From a virus (taxonomy: Duplodnaviria > Caudoviricetes), in the IMG/VR virus record IMGVR_UViG_3300035498_000621, positions 1 to 64,000 of that record: DNA of 64,000 nucleotides, one strand, 5' to 3'. Below are positions 36,986 through 47,785 of the stretch, one piece after another (the stretch's first letter is position 1; the number at the start of each line of letters is the position of its first letter). Below the pieces are notes generated by a model that was not told the origin of the DNA, made no database searches, and saw only the letters and a program-made list of their open reading frames with translations. A program made the position numbers and the translations under genes.

Positions 36986-37537
36986 ATGGAAAAAATGATG
37001 AATTTTAAGCGACTTGAAGTAACTGGAGCAACTAAGGCAGAAGCACTCGAAAAAGCTCCTTTCTTTGTACAAGGTGATGCAACTCAAGCTTATCGTAATT
37101 GGAAGAAAACTGTTGTTGGTGGTATTACTGATTCTGATAAGAAACAGTTTATGCTTGATTATTTGGCAAAGAAATCTAAGAACGCTCCTGGTGTTGGTTT
37201 CTCTATTACCGTTGAAGCTGCTGTTGCTGATACCCGTGAACGTCCCTATAAGGTTGAGGATGTAAAGAATGAAAAGGGAGCTCGTAAGTATAAGACTATT
37301 TATCAGATTCGCGATGCTGCTACTGGTGCTATTCTTGCAGAAACTGATGAAACTAAAGCTAAGGCTAAGGAAATTGCAAAAGCTTTGTACACTGAAAAGG
37401 ATTTTACTGGAAATCTTGTTTGTACTTATACTAAGCAAGTTGTTGAAGGTGAACCCACTGCATTTACAGTAACTTATGCTCCTTCTAAGAGTTCACATGT
37501 TGGTACTTATCTTGTATTTGGTATCGAAAATTGCTAA
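36986..37537 (+). CDS. Hypothetical protein, probably highly expressed
   Basis: 183 aa, own promoters and terminator, GCT/ACT/AAG-biased codons. Confidence 0.85.
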   Translation: MEKMMNFKRLEVTGATKAEALEKAPFFVQGDATQAYRNWKKTVVGGITDSDKKQFMLDYLAKKSKNAPGVGFSITVEAAVADTRERPYKVEDVKNEKGARKYKTIYQIRDAATGAILAETDETKAKAKEIAKALYTEKDFTGNLVCTYTKQVVEGEPTAFTVTYAPSKSSHVGTYLVFGIENC

Positions 37538-37568
37538 TTAAGCTTTCATATTCAAATCTTATAATTAT

Positions 37569-37608
37569 GAGGCGATTGTCTAGAAATAGATGATCGCCTT
37601 TATTTTTT
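37569..37608 (+). terminator. Intrinsic terminator
   Basis: AGGCGATTGTCTA-GAAA-TAGATGATCGCCT plus T-rich tail. Confidence 0.8.
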
Positions 37609-37656
37609 ATAGCGTAATAGCTTTACTTAAACATTGAATAAATCAATTAAAAATAA

Positions 37657-39246
37657 ATGAGACAAGGAACTTTAAAGAAATATATTAAAATTTTAAAGGA
37701 TATTAAAGATAGTAATCTTAGTATTAAAACTTATTGTGCTAAACACAAAATGTCCGAAAGTAGTATATATGGATATATTTGTGTTGCTAAAAAACAAAAT
37801 GATCAAGAATCAGAATTAGTAAGAGAACTTATTTCTTTATATGATTCAATTACAAATAAAGATACTGCAGCATCAACTGCAGATGTTGATATTACTTTAA
37901 AAGTTGATTCTGGATATGAAGTAGAAGTAGAAACAGACGATAAAGCTGAAACTTCATATACATTGGATGAAAATAATAAAATAAAATATTATAATTATAA
38001 AATATATAGACGTAATAAACCAGCTATTCATGGTAATTTTACCAGAGAAGAAATGGATATGATTTATCGTCTATATTCTTATTATGGAGATTCTCTTACT
38101 CAAAGAGTTATATCTAGACATTTTCCTGATTTATCTCTGATTGATTTTAAACGTATTCTTAGAGCTTTTAATATTACTAAAGCATCTTCTCCATTTGCTC
38201 CTCATATGATTGAGGAAAAAACAGAAGAAGAATTACGAGAAATTCAACTTCGAGAAAAAGAAAATAGTTTTCTTCGTAAAGCAGAAGAAGACGATATTAA
38301 AAATACTCAGAAACTTCTTAAAAAGTTTGCACAAGAAAATATAGATTTAAAACGTCAACTTGAAAGAATTTCTAATTTTAATATTACACTTCCAGATGAT
38401 ATTAAACCAGTTGAACTTACTGAATATGAACCAGTAAATCAAAGTATTAATCTTTATTTATCTGATATTCATCTTGGCGGTTGTGTAACTACTGGTTCTT
38501 TGTATAAAGAAAATTCTAATTATGGATTTAAAGAAGCAAAAAGACGATTGAATGTAGTTTTAAATAATCTTAGAAATTTTGATTGTTTTGATACTATTAA
38601 TTTAGTATTAATGGGTGATAATATTGATTGTTCTGGATTTTTTGGAAAAACTGCAAGACTTGATCATGATATGCCGGAAAATATGGATCCTAGAGAACAA
38701 GCTAATAAATATATTGAACTAATTATGTGGTTTATTGCATCTTTAGTTTCTAATGAAAATGAACTTTGTTCTAAAATAAGAGTTTTTTCTGTACCGTGTG
38801 GTAATCATGGTGGATCTTATGAATATATGTGTAATAAAGCTCTTCTTGCTTATATTAATGCTAAATATCCTAGTATTGAAACTACAATGTGGGAAGAATT
38901 TTATGGAGTTTTTGAACAAAATAATAATACTTTAATTTGTTGTCATGGTAAAGATGATCAATATATGAAAAAAGGTCTTCCTCTCAATCTTGATGATAAA
39001 TCAAAAGTACTTATTTATGAATGGTTAGAAGAAAATAATATTCATGGTAATAATATTCATTTTGTTAAAGGTGATTTACATTCTAATAGTTTAAATTCTT
39101 GTAGAAGATTTGATTATCGTAATGTACTTAGTCTTTTTGGAGCTTCTGATTATTCTAATTATAATTTTAGCCGTAATTCTTATGGACTTTCCTATGATTT
39201 ATTTGTAGGAGATAATATTATTCGTGGAACATTTGAAAATATGTAA
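37657..39246 (+). CDS. Calcineurin-like metallophosphoesterase with N-terminal extension
   Basis: SDIHLG, MGDNID, GNHG, CHGKD, GDLH. Confidence 0.82.
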   Translation: MRQGTLKKYIKILKDIKDSNLSIKTYCAKHKMSESSIYGYICVAKKQNDQESELVRELISLYDSITNKDTAASTADVDITLKVDSGYEVEVETDDKAETSYTLDENNKIKYYNYKIYRRNKPAIHGNFTREEMDMIYRLYSYYGDSLTQRVISRHFPDLSLIDFKRILRAFNITKASSPFAPHMIEEKTEEELREIQLREKENSFLRKAEEDDIKNTQKLLKKFAQENIDLKRQLERISNFNITLPDDIKPVELTEYEPVNQSINLYLSDIHLGGCVTTGSLYKENSNYGFKEAKRRLNVVLNNLRNFDCFDTINLVLMGDNIDCSGFFGKTARLDHDMPENMDPREQANKYIELIMWFIASLVSNENELCSKIRVFSVPCGNHGGSYEYMCNKALLAYINAKYPSIETTMWEEFYGVFEQNNNTLICCHGKDDQYMKKGLPLNLDDKSKVLIYEWLEENNIHGNNIHFVKGDLHSNSLNSCRRFDYRNVLSLFGASDYSNYNFSRNSYGLSYDLFVGDNIIRGTFENM

Positions 39247-39249
39247 GCT

Positions 39250-40128
39250 ATGAAAATATTTGATAAAGAATTAGAAAGCGAAATTAAGCCAATGTCACGT
39301 TCAAGAATATCTGGAACAGATAGAGTAATTGAATGTTTCATAAAAGCAAAAGGAGCCGATATTACTAACGTAATCTTCGGAACAACTTCTAGAGGTTTTA
39401 TTGATGGAAGAAAAATTCCTAATGGAATTTCTTTTGATAATTGTGTATTTAATTATATAAATTTCAAAACAATTTCAGAATGTACTTTTAAAAATTGTCA
39501 CTTCAATAAATGCTTGTTTGCTTCAATGAGAAATATTGTATTAGAAAATTGTACTGGATGTTATTCTAAAGTGAGTCATTATACTAATGCGTTTATATTA
39601 ACGGGCAATTGTTCTTTTATTAATTGCAATGGATTGGAATTTGATGGATATATTGATCTTAATGCTACTATTAAGTCAATAAACTGCCCTGATCTAGACA
39701 TAGCGTTGACTAGATCTGAACAGAGAAAGAAGGACATTGAGGATGCAAAACGTAAGAATGATGAACTTCGTAAATCTATAAAGTATGTATACAAAGTAGT
39801 TAGTGCCCAAGTTCTTGTTAAGTTATCATTACCAGACGAAGCTGAGATTGTAAATCTTGATAAAGATAAGAGTAGAGCTAATATGGCTTTTGTAGAAGCT
39901 GTCTATCCTATTAATAACTTTGGAGGAGAAGGAGTAACTAATACTAATTATAATCAGAACTGTAATTATGAAATTGGTAAGATGGTATATCCAGATTCAT
40001 ATGATCCAAATCCATATCAAGAGTGTGGGCATGGAATACATTTCTGTAAAGATATTAACAGTCTACGTACCTATTGTGATTTAACTTCAGACCAGGTTGA
40101 AAGTATTAAAAAGATGTTAAATCTCTAA
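39250..40128 (+). CDS. Pentapeptide-like repeat plus DUF5758-like protein
   Basis: FDNCVF/FKNCHF repeats; YPDSYDPN...ECGHGIHF. Confidence 0.65.
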   Translation: MKIFDKELESEIKPMSRSRISGTDRVIECFIKAKGADITNVIFGTTSRGFIDGRKIPNGISFDNCVFNYINFKTISECTFKNCHFNKCLFASMRNIVLENCTGCYSKVSHYTNAFILTGNCSFINCNGLEFDGYIDLNATIKSINCPDLDIALTRSEQRKKDIEDAKRKNDELRKSIKYVYKVVSAQVLVKLSLPDEAEIVNLDKDKSRANMAFVEAVYPINNFGGEGVTNTNYNQNCNYEIGKMVYPDSYDPNPYQECGHGIHFCKDINSLRTYCDLTSDQVESIKKMLNL

Positions 40129-40153
40129 TATTAACTATAATATATTTTGAATT

Positions 40154-40339
40154 ATGAAAAAATTAACAATTAAATCAAACAATCGTAAAAATTTCTATGC
40201 ATTTGGTAACTACAATCCTAATAAAAATGCAAAACCTGTAACTTATAAAGGAACAGAATATCTTTCTAAAGCTCAATGTATGGCTCTTGAAGGAATTACT
40301 CGTAAAGAACTTGATGAGTATCTTAAAAAAAATAAATGA
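40154..40339 (+). CDS. Small basic protein
   Basis: 61 aa. Confidence 0.65.
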   Translation: MKKLTIKSNNRKNFYAFGNYNPNKNAKPVTYKGTEYLSKAQCMALEGITRKELDEYLKKNK

Positions 40340-40403
40340 TGAATACTTTTTTAAGATACTTGAAACTTGTAATCTATAAAAGAACATATTAAAATAGAAT
40401 AAT

Positions 40404-40757
40404 ATGATAACAGCTGAAACTATTATTAATATTTTTGATACTCTTATTGAGAAAAGAAATCTTTTAGATAGAAAATGTACTTATACTGTATCTGCCTATT
40501 TTACTGATACAAAACATGGAATAGTTTATTGTGGTGATGCAATAATATTTTATAATTGTAATGATAAATATATTATAGGAATTACTGAAGATGCTAATGA
40601 AAAAAGATATATTTATATTTCAACAAATTCATTAGATTCTAAAATAGAAATTTCTGAATCAATATATCATTTGATTAAATTGAAATTTATTGAAATTTCT
40701 AAAATGTTAGATCAAGAACTTGAAAATAAAGTAAATAATCTTATATATAATCTTTAA
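40404..40757 (+). CDS. Hypothetical protein
   Basis: 117 aa. Confidence 0.7.
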   Translation: MITAETIINIFDTLIEKRNLLDRKCTYTVSAYFTDTKHGIVYCGDAIIFYNCNDKYIIGITEDANEKRYIYISTNSLDSKIEISESIYHLIKLKFIEISKMLDQELENKVNNLIYNL

Positions 40758-40759
40758 TT

Positions 40760-41554
40760 ATGATTTTAACTGTTGATGAATTGTTAAAAGGAAAAGCTAC
40801 TCAAATTAAAGGAAAAGAATATTTAAGTACTGAAGCTTATGTTACTCCTTTTCTTGAAAGAATGTCTAAATTTACTAATGATTTTAGAGTACAAGCTAAA
40901 TTGCCTGATCAAATTAGTATTACTAAAAAAGAAGATATAAATCTCGAAGATACTGTATTTAATAGAGTATGGGTACAAGCAGTACTTCCTGAAGAATATT
41001 CTTTTGATAATCATAAAGAAGTAATTGGTATGGTTTACGGGCTTGATGCTCGTAAACCTATTGCTAAAATTTATAGAGGTGCATTAAATATGGCTTGTTT
41101 AAATCTTTGTGTTTTTGATCCTTCATTTTTGAATGTACAAGAAATTGAACCAGAACGAGCTATTAATTTTAAGCCATTGAAATCTTTGATGGAGCAAACT
41201 TCTGATATTAAAGTATGGCTTGATCAACTTAATAATACTGAAGTTCCCTATGATGAAGATCTTATTAATGAAAATCTTGGATCATGGGTAAGAAATGCTC
41301 TAAATACTTCTTATGACACTGGATATAATAAAGTTAAACTTGCTACTAGTACAGCAATTGATGCTTATAAACTTCTTTATGAAAAGAAAGAATCTCCATA
41401 TTTTGTAAAAAGTGGAGAATCGACTAATATGTTTAATGTTTATAATGCATTTACTGAACTTATTACTAATGATGGTACTAAGGATGGAGGAGCTAAAGAT
41501 ATTCTTAATAAATGTGAAAAAACATTGCTATTGAAAAATATTCTTACTTTGTAA
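40760..41554 (+). CDS. DUF932/DUF945-like phage protein
   Basis: ACLNL..F and TNMFNVYNAFTE motifs. Confidence 0.6.
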   Translation: MILTVDELLKGKATQIKGKEYLSTEAYVTPFLERMSKFTNDFRVQAKLPDQISITKKEDINLEDTVFNRVWVQAVLPEEYSFDNHKEVIGMVYGLDARKPIAKIYRGALNMACLNLCVFDPSFLNVQEIEPERAINFKPLKSLMEQTSDIKVWLDQLNNTEVPYDEDLINENLGSWVRNALNTSYDTGYNKVKLATSTAIDAYKLLYEKKESPYFVKSGESTNMFNVYNAFTELITNDGTKDGGAKDILNKCEKTLLLKNILTL

Positions 41555-41559
41555 ACAAT

Positions 41560-41590
41560 TTTGTTATGTGCAAATAATTGTTTATATTTG
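41560..41590 (+). promoter_or_regulatory. Promoter for nrdD
   Basis: TTTG 41560-41563, TATATTTG 41583-41590. Confidence 0.7.
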
Positions 41591-41617
41591 CTAGTTAACC
41601 CTTAAAAATATATAATT

Positions 41618-43816
41618 ATGCAAAACATAACAAAAAGAGATGGAACAATAGTTCCTTTTGATAAAAACAAAATTATTAATGCACTTAAAAAAGCTTTTTC
41701 AGCTTGCGCATATACTATTTCAGATGATATTATAGAAAAGATAACTTCTGAAGTAAGAATTTGGGATGATATATCTGTAGAAGATATACAAGATCAATTA
41801 GAAGAACTTCTAATGGATTATGATTATTCTCAAGTTGCTAAAGAATTTATTTTGTATAGAGCAAAACGAACTGCAATTCGTAATCAAGAATCTAAACTTA
41901 TTAAAGGAATTTCTGAAAAATTAGAAGCTAAATCAGTTGAAAATCAAAATGCTAATGTAGATGAATATTCTTTTGGGGGTAGAATTGGTGAAGCTAGTCG
42001 TCTTGTAAATAAAGAATATGCTTTAAATTATTGTATGTCTGAAATGGCTAAAAATAATCATTTAAATAATGAAATTTATATTCATGATTTAGATTCTTAT
42101 GCCGTCGGGATGCATAATTGTTTAAGTATTCCTTTAGATAAACTTCTTAAAGAAGGATTTACAACTCGACAAGCAGATATTCGCCCAGCATCTACTGTTA
42201 ATACAGCAATGCAATTGTGTGCTGTTATTATGCAATTACAATCTCTTTGTCAATTTGGTGGAGTTTCTTATACACATTTAGATTGGTCTTTAGTACCATA
42301 TGTACGTAAATCTTTTTATAAACATTTTAAGGATGGTTTAAAATGGCTTGAAAAAATTGAATTAGAAAATCAATTAGAAAATCCTGAAGAAGTTTCTGTA
42401 AATTCTGAATTTTATACAAAACATTCTACAGCATATGAATATGCTATAGAAATGACTCGTAAAGAAATTAATCAAGGAGCAGAAGCTTTATATCATAATC
42501 TTGGAACTTTACAAAGTCGTTCTGGTGATCAATTGCCATTTAGTTCTATAAATTATGGAACTTGTACATTAACAGAAGGAAGATGGGTTATTGAAGCATT
42601 ATTAATGGCTTCTATTAATGGAATTGGTAATTTTCATAAAACTCCTATTTTTCCTTGTTCTATATTCCAACTTAAATCTGGAATAAATCGTAAACCTGGC
42701 GATAAAAATTATGATTTATATCGTTTGGCTTTAAAATCTACTGCTCAAAGACTTTATCCTAATTATGCTAATGTTGATTGGAGTGGTAATAAAGGATATG
42801 ACATTGATAATCCTTGTACATATTTTTCTACAATGGGTTGTAGAACAGCAAATGGAATGGATATTAATGGATTTGGTCAACTTAAAGATGGTCGTGGCAA
42901 TATTTGTCCAGTAACTATTATTTTACCTACATTAGCTATGGAAGTAAAAGAAAAATTAGGAAAAACTATTGCATCATCTTTAAATGATACTTTAATATCT
43001 GAATTTATTGAATTACTTGATACTAAAATTTATGAAGCTAAAGATATGTTAATTGAACGCTTTAATTGGATTTGTAAACAATCTCCTAAATCTGCTAGAT
43101 TTATGTGGGATAATGGTACAATGGCGGGATATGATGGTAAAAACATTTCTAGCGCTTTAAAACATGGTACTCTTGCAATTGGACAATTAGGTTTAGCTGA
43201 AGCTTTACAACTTTTAATTGGTTGTGATCATACTGATGAAAAAGGAATGGAATTAGCTAAAAGAATTGAACAACTATTTAAAGATAGATGTTCACAATTT
43301 AAAGAAAAATATAAGCTTAATTTTGGTGTATATTATACACCTGCTGAAAATCTTTGTTATACAGCTTTAAAGAAATTTAGAGAAAAGTATGGAGTAATTC
43401 CTGATGTTTCTGATAAAGAATTTTTTACTAATTCTATGCATGTTCCTGTATGGAAAAATGTAAGAATTAAAGAAAAAATTGATATAGAATCTCAATTAAC
43501 AGGATATTCTAATGCTGGATGTATTACTTATATTGAACTTCCGGAAACAGCTAAACATAATTTAGATGCTTTGGAAGAAATTGTTAATTATGCAATGGAT
43601 AAGGATATTCCTTATTTTGCAATTAATCTTCCAAATGATACTTGTGACAATTGTGGATATCAAGATGAAATAGGCAATAATTGTCCTATGTGTGGTAGTT
43701 CTAATATTAAAAGACTTCGTAGAGTAACTGGTTATTTAACTGGAGATTATAAATCTGCATTTAATTTAGGAAAACAACAAGAAGTCGAAATGAGAGTTAA
43801 ACATGCAAGTAATTAA
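41618..43816 (+). CDS. nrdD: Anaerobic ribonucleoside-triphosphate reductase with ATP cone
   Basis: KRDG..VPFD ATP cone, IYIHDLD, MGCRT, TPAE, CxxC/CxxC, RRVTGYL. Confidence 0.96.
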   Translation: MQNITKRDGTIVPFDKNKIINALKKAFSACAYTISDDIIEKITSEVRIWDDISVEDIQDQLEELLMDYDYSQVAKEFILYRAKRTAIRNQESKLIKGISEKLEAKSVENQNANVDEYSFGGRIGEASRLVNKEYALNYCMSEMAKNNHLNNEIYIHDLDSYAVGMHNCLSIPLDKLLKEGFTTRQADIRPASTVNTAMQLCAVIMQLQSLCQFGGVSYTHLDWSLVPYVRKSFYKHFKDGLKWLEKIELENQLENPEEVSVNSEFYTKHSTAYEYAIEMTRKEINQGAEALYHNLGTLQSRSGDQLPFSSINYGTCTLTEGRWVIEALLMASINGIGNFHKTPIFPCSIFQLKSGINRKPGDKNYDLYRLALKSTAQRLYPNYANVDWSGNKGYDIDNPCTYFSTMGCRTANGMDINGFGQLKDGRGNICPVTIILPTLAMEVKEKLGKTIASSLNDTLISEFIELLDTKIYEAKDMLIERFNWICKQSPKSARFMWDNGTMAGYDGKNISSALKHGTLAIGQLGLAEALQLLIGCDHTDEKGMELAKRIEQLFKDRCSQFKEKYKLNFGVYYTPAENLCYTALKKFREKYGVIPDVSDKEFFTNSMHVPVWKNVRIKEKIDIESQLTGYSNAGCITYIELPETAKHNLDALEEIVNYAMDKDIPYFAINLPNDTCDNCGYQDEIGNNCPMCGSSNIKRLRRVTGYLTGDYKSAFNLGKQQEVEMRVKHASN

Positions 43817-44312
43817 AATAATTCCAGATACAGTAGTGGATGGTCCTGGATTAAGGACCTCCATTTACTTTGCTGGATGTTCACATCAATGTAAAGGATG
43901 TCATAATCCTGAATCTTGGGATTTTGATCAAGGAATGAAATATTCAGCAGATGAATTATATGATTTACTTTCAAAAACGGGAAATTCAAAAGTTACTTTA
44001 ACCGGAGGAGATCCTTTATATCAAAATATTGTAGAATTACATAAATTTTTATGGTTATTAAAAAATAGTCCTATAACTCATAATTTAGTATATAATGTAT
44101 GGTTATATACAGGATATACTTGGGAAGAACTAATTCATTCACCTAGAAATAGCCATCTTTTACAATATATTGATGTAATAGTTGATGGTATGTTTAAAGA
44201 AGAACTTAAAGATCTATCTTTAAAATTTAGAGGATCATCTAATCAAAGAATTATAGATGTTCAAAATTCTTTAAAACAAAATAAAATTATATTATATAAT
44301 GGACGAAAATAA
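43803..44312 (+). CDS. nrdG: Anaerobic RNR activase (radical SAM)
   Basis: VDGPGLR, CSHQCKGC, GGDPL, FRGSSNQR. Confidence 0.95.
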   Translation: MQVIKIIPDTVVDGPGLRTSIYFAGCSHQCKGCHNPESWDFDQGMKYSADELYDLLSKTGNSKVTLTGGDPLYQNIVELHKFLWLLKNSPITHNLVYNVWLYTGYTWEELIHSPRNSHLLQYIDVIVDGMFKEELKDLSLKFRGSSNQRIIDVQNSLKQNKIILYNGRK

Positions 44313-44613
44313 TCTAATTTCATTGCTTAGTATTTTAGTTAAAGCTCCATCATTAATTCTTAATATTAATGATAATGTTTTTAAAACTGAATTTGGCATA
44401 ATAGAACGAGAAGATTCAACTTTAGTAAAAATTACTCTTCACAATGGTATTGTAATTTCAGTATATACACATGAAAATAAAGATACTATTGATAATTTAT
44501 TTGATCAAATTCGAAAATCTGCTGAAGAATTTGGTATTTATATTCTTGAAGATAAATTGAAGAAATGTTATGACGTCCTTGGCAATTCTGTTAATAATAA
44601 TCAGTCTGAGTAA
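44299..44613 (+). CDS. Hypothetical protein
   Basis: 104 aa. Confidence 0.65.
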   Translation: MDENNLISLLSILVKAPSLILNINDNVFKTEFGIIEREDSTLVKITLHNGIVISVYTHENKDTIDNLFDQIRKSAEEFGIYILEDKLKKCYDVLGNSVNNNQSE

Positions 44614-44761
44614 GTTATTATTATCTATAATTATTCCTGAAGATGATATTTATCCTTCAATTTCATTACCTATATCATATCAAAAATATGTATTTTTAAT
44701 AAGAAATTTATTATTTTTTGATGGATTTATTGGACTTATTTGTGGTTTATATATATTATGA
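44570..44761 (+). CDS. Small membrane protein
   Basis: Two hydrophobic segments. Confidence 0.5.
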   Translation: MTSLAILLIIISLSKLLLSIIIPEDDIYPSISLPISYQKYVFLIRNLLFFDGFIGLICGLYIL

Positions 44762-45027
44762 TAACAGACGTATATATTGTTTATAATGACACATCATTCA
44801 TAAAGAAATTTGGAGATACTTCATTGAAAGTATCTCCATTTTTTCATTTTATAGATGAAACTACTAGACAAGGTAAAAAAGAAGCTTTTGCTTTAAAAGG
44901 ACATTGGGGTACTCGAATGACTCCGTTTATAATATGTTTTGATAAAGAAACTCCAGTTAAAGCATTTTATTCAGAAACTGGAGAAAATATTATTCAATCT
45001 TTAATTGATTATTTAAATGCTGATTAA
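44758..45027 (+). CDS. Hypothetical protein (possible thioredoxin-like fold)
   Basis: Track ORF 44740; coupled ATG at 44758. Confidence 0.55.
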   Translation: MITDVYIVYNDTSFIKKFGDTSLKVSPFFHFIDETTRQGKKEAFALKGHWGTRMTPFIICFDKETPVKAFYSETGENIIQSLIDYLNAD

Positions 45028-45241
45028 TTTAATAGGTTGGGTAGCAACTATTTTTAGAGGTTGGGGAATGTTATGTAAAAAAGCAACTACTGTTAAATAT
45101 TTAGTAAGTATTGGAAACTTATTTTGGATGATTAATGGTATTTTTACATATAACATTCCTCTTATAGTTAGTAATGCTTTTTGTTTAATAGTTATGCTTT
45201 ATGAAATAATTATTGGATTATGGAAGAAAAAGCAAACTTAA
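45017..45241 (+). CDS. Small three-TM membrane protein (YgjV/PQ-loop-like)
   Basis: IGWVAT...IGNLFWMINGI...NIPLIVSN. Confidence 0.65.
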   Translation: MLINLIGWVATIFRGWGMLCKKATTVKYLVSIGNLFWMINGIFTYNIPLIVSNAFCLIVMLYEIIIGLWKKKQT

Positions 45242-45402
45242 AATACAAAGTAGATATTTTTAATGAAAATCCAATTATTTATGGTATTTTTAGAACATAT
45301 GATGATTTAAATTGGGAAGTACTTAAAGTATCTACAGATTTTAAACAAATACAACAAGAAGTTAAATATCTTAATTTATTACCTATATATTATGGTAAAT
45401 AA
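45220..45402 (+). CDS. Hypothetical protein
   Basis: 60 aa. Confidence 0.55.
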   Translation: MEEKANLKYKVDIFNENPIIYGIFRTYDDLNWEVLKVSTDFKQIQQEVKYLNLLPIYYGK

Positions 45403-46117
45403 AATTTTATTTATTGGAGATATACATGGCAGATTAATTTGGAAAGATATTATAGAAAAAGAAAATCCAGACTTAACAATCTTTTTAGGAGATTATGTAA
45501 GTACACATGAAGGAATTTCAGCTAATCAACAATTATCTAATTTAGAAGATATTCTAAATTATAAAAAAGATAATATTGATAAGGTTATTTTACTTAGAGG
45601 CAATCACGATTGCCAAATGCTAGGCTATTCTTGGGCTGAATGTTCAGGATATGATCCAGAAGTATTTAAATATATGTCAGAAAGTTCTTTTAGAGAACGT
45701 TTTTTAAAATTTACTCAATGGGTTTATTTAATTCCTGATACTAATATTATTTGTTCACACGCTGGAATATCTACTAAATTTCTAGAAAATGTAAATAATT
45801 ATAAAATATTTCCAAAAGAATGGAGAAATAATCCAAATATAATTAATTATATTAAACCTTGTGAATTATTTGGATTTACTCCTTGTAAATTAAGTGATTA
45901 TACTGGAATTTCAGCAACTCAACCATGTACATGGATAAGACCTCAAGCACTAATTGAATATGGTATTCCTTATTATATTCAAATAGTTGGACATACTCCA
46001 GTAAAAGAAATAACTAATATTACAAATGATAATATTAATATTTGGTTATGTGATTGTTTAGATAATAAACAATATTTAATATTAGAAAATGGAGAATTTA
46101 AATCATATAAATTTTAA
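45392..46117 (+). CDS. Metallophosphoesterase (lambda-phosphatase-like)
   Basis: GDIHG, LGDYV, RGNHD, HAG, VGHT. Confidence 0.9.
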   Translation: MVNKILFIGDIHGRLIWKDIIEKENPDLTIFLGDYVSTHEGISANQQLSNLEDILNYKKDNIDKVILLRGNHDCQMLGYSWAECSGYDPEVFKYMSESSFRERFLKFTQWVYLIPDTNIICSHAGISTKFLENVNNYKIFPKEWRNNPNIINYIKPCELFGFTPCKLSDYTGISATQPCTWIRPQALIEYGIPYYIQIVGHTPVKEITNITNDNINIWLCDCLDNKQYLILENGEFKSYKF

Positions 46118-46718
46118 TGATATATCTAGAACTTATCATAGATGTATGCAAGAAATTAAAAATCAAGTAGATAATTATAATTTTATAAAAAATAATTTAA
46201 ATTCTATGGTATCTGTAAATGTAATTAATAATTCAGAAAATCAACTTCCTAAGTATGAAACAGATGAAGCAGCAGGTCTTGATTTGAGAGCTAGTTTTAA
46301 ATATATTACACCTGATAATCCAATTAAATTATTTGGAGATGGTGAAATTATTTTTGCTGGAGAAGGTCATCAAAAGACTATGTTGAGACTTGAACCAGGA
46401 AGTCGAGCTATTATTCCTACTGATTTGTTTGTGGCTATTCCTAAAGGCTATTTTTGTGCTATTTATCCTCGAAGCGGTCTTGCAATTAAGAAAGCTCTTT
46501 CATTGGTTAATAGTGTTGGAGTTTTAGATTCTGATTATAGAGGTAATATGGGAATTCCTGTTATTAATCATGGTTTTGAAACTATTTGGATTGAAGATGG
46601 AGAGCGTATTGCACAAATGATTGTTCAACCATACACTAAAATCGAATGGAATGAAGTAAAAAATCTAGATGAAACATCTCGTAATTCTAATGGTTTTGGC
46701 ACAACTGGTTCAAAATGA
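46089..46718 (+). CDS. dut: dUTPase
   Basis: AAGLDL, PRSGLA, GVLDSDYRG, GERIAQ, GFGTTG. Confidence 0.95.
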   Translation: MENLNHINFNDISRTYHRCMQEIKNQVDNYNFIKNNLNSMVSVNVINNSENQLPKYETDEAAGLDLRASFKYITPDNPIKLFGDGEIIFAGEGHQKTMLRLEPGSRAIIPTDLFVAIPKGYFCAIYPRSGLAIKKALSLVNSVGVLDSDYRGNMGIPVINHGFETIWIEDGERIAQMIVQPYTKIEWNEVKNLDETSRNSNGFGTTGSK

Positions 46719-46845
46719 TAAACTTTCAATTTGAAGTACAAACTGAATCTGGAAAAAGATTATCTAAAGTCATTAAAGCTCATGATATAGATTCAGCATA
46801 TGATCAAATTTATGATATGTATCCTAATTCTTATATTGAATTAAT

Positions 46846-47061
46846 ATGACAGTAGAAGAAAAAGCAAAAGAAATTTTGTATAATATTTATATTTATATGG
46901 GAAAATGTCCAAAAAATAACAATGATGACTATTCTCATATTTTATTTATGTTGAATGAAGGTATTCAACCAGACGAACTTTATAATTGTCTTGTAAGAAA
47001 TTATCATAAACATTATAATTTTATTAAATTAAATTCTGGATTTAAAAGTTACGATTGGTAA
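46846..47061 (+). CDS. Hypothetical protein
   Basis: 71 aa. Confidence 0.6.
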   Translation: MTVEEKAKEILYNIYIYMGKCPKNNNDDYSHILFMLNEGIQPDELYNCLVRNYHKHYNFIKLNSGFKSYDW

Positions 47062-47444
47062 TGGGACTTGATATTTATTTTGAAAAAGTTAAAAGAACTG
47101 AAGTAGGATATTTTAGAAAAATTAATTTTCTAGTTAAATATTTTGAAACTTTAGGGTTTAATGGCGGAAATCTAGAACCATTTAATATTAAAAAAGAATA
47201 TATTATTACACTTAAAGATAAATGTAAATATATTCTAAAAGCTAATGAACTTTTTGATGATATTAAAGAAGAAGCAGAAAAAGTACTTCCTAATACTAGT
47301 GGATTTTGTTTTGGAAGTACTGATTATGATGAATATTATTTAAAAGATATTCAAGAAGTTTATGATTATTGTAATGATACACTTATTCCATTATTTGATA
47401 CATTAGGACCAAATGAAACAATACAATTTAAAATTTGGTATTAA
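47061..47444 (+). CDS. Hypothetical phage protein
   Basis: MGLDIY...YFRK...GFCFGSTDYDEYY. Confidence 0.75.
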   Translation: MGLDIYFEKVKRTEVGYFRKINFLVKYFETLGFNGGNLEPFNIKKEYIITLKDKCKYILKANELFDDIKEEAEKVLPNTSGFCFGSTDYDEYYLKDIQEVYDYCNDTLIPLFDTLGPNETIQFKIWY

Positions 47445-47446
47445 TT

Positions 47447-47785
47447 ATGAATAATAAATTAAATTCTTTAGTAAACGAATATCGTAAATTGGTAAATAGT
47501 TCTAATGATACTTTAACTTTAGATAATGAATTAGAAGAAAAAATAGACAATATATATGATGAAATCTATAATCTAATTTGTGATTCTAAAGATAAATTTA
47601 AATTAAAGTTTTCAGGTGAATTTACTTCAAAAATTTGTAATATTTCTGATAAAGATAGATTAATTGATTTTTTATATGAAGGTGGAAAAATTGATGATTT
47701 TATCTTATATGAATTACGAAATGACATTTTAGATGTAATTGGCGGTGTTAGTAATTTTAAAATTGAATTTACAAATGAATGTTGA
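47447..47785 (+). CDS. Hypothetical protein
   Basis: About 112 aa. Confidence 0.65.
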   Translation: MNNKLNSLVNEYRKLVNSSNDTLTLDNELEEKIDNIYDEIYNLICDSKDKFKLKFSGEFTSKICNISDKDRLIDFLYEGGKIDDFILYELRNDILDVIGGVSNFKIEFTNEC

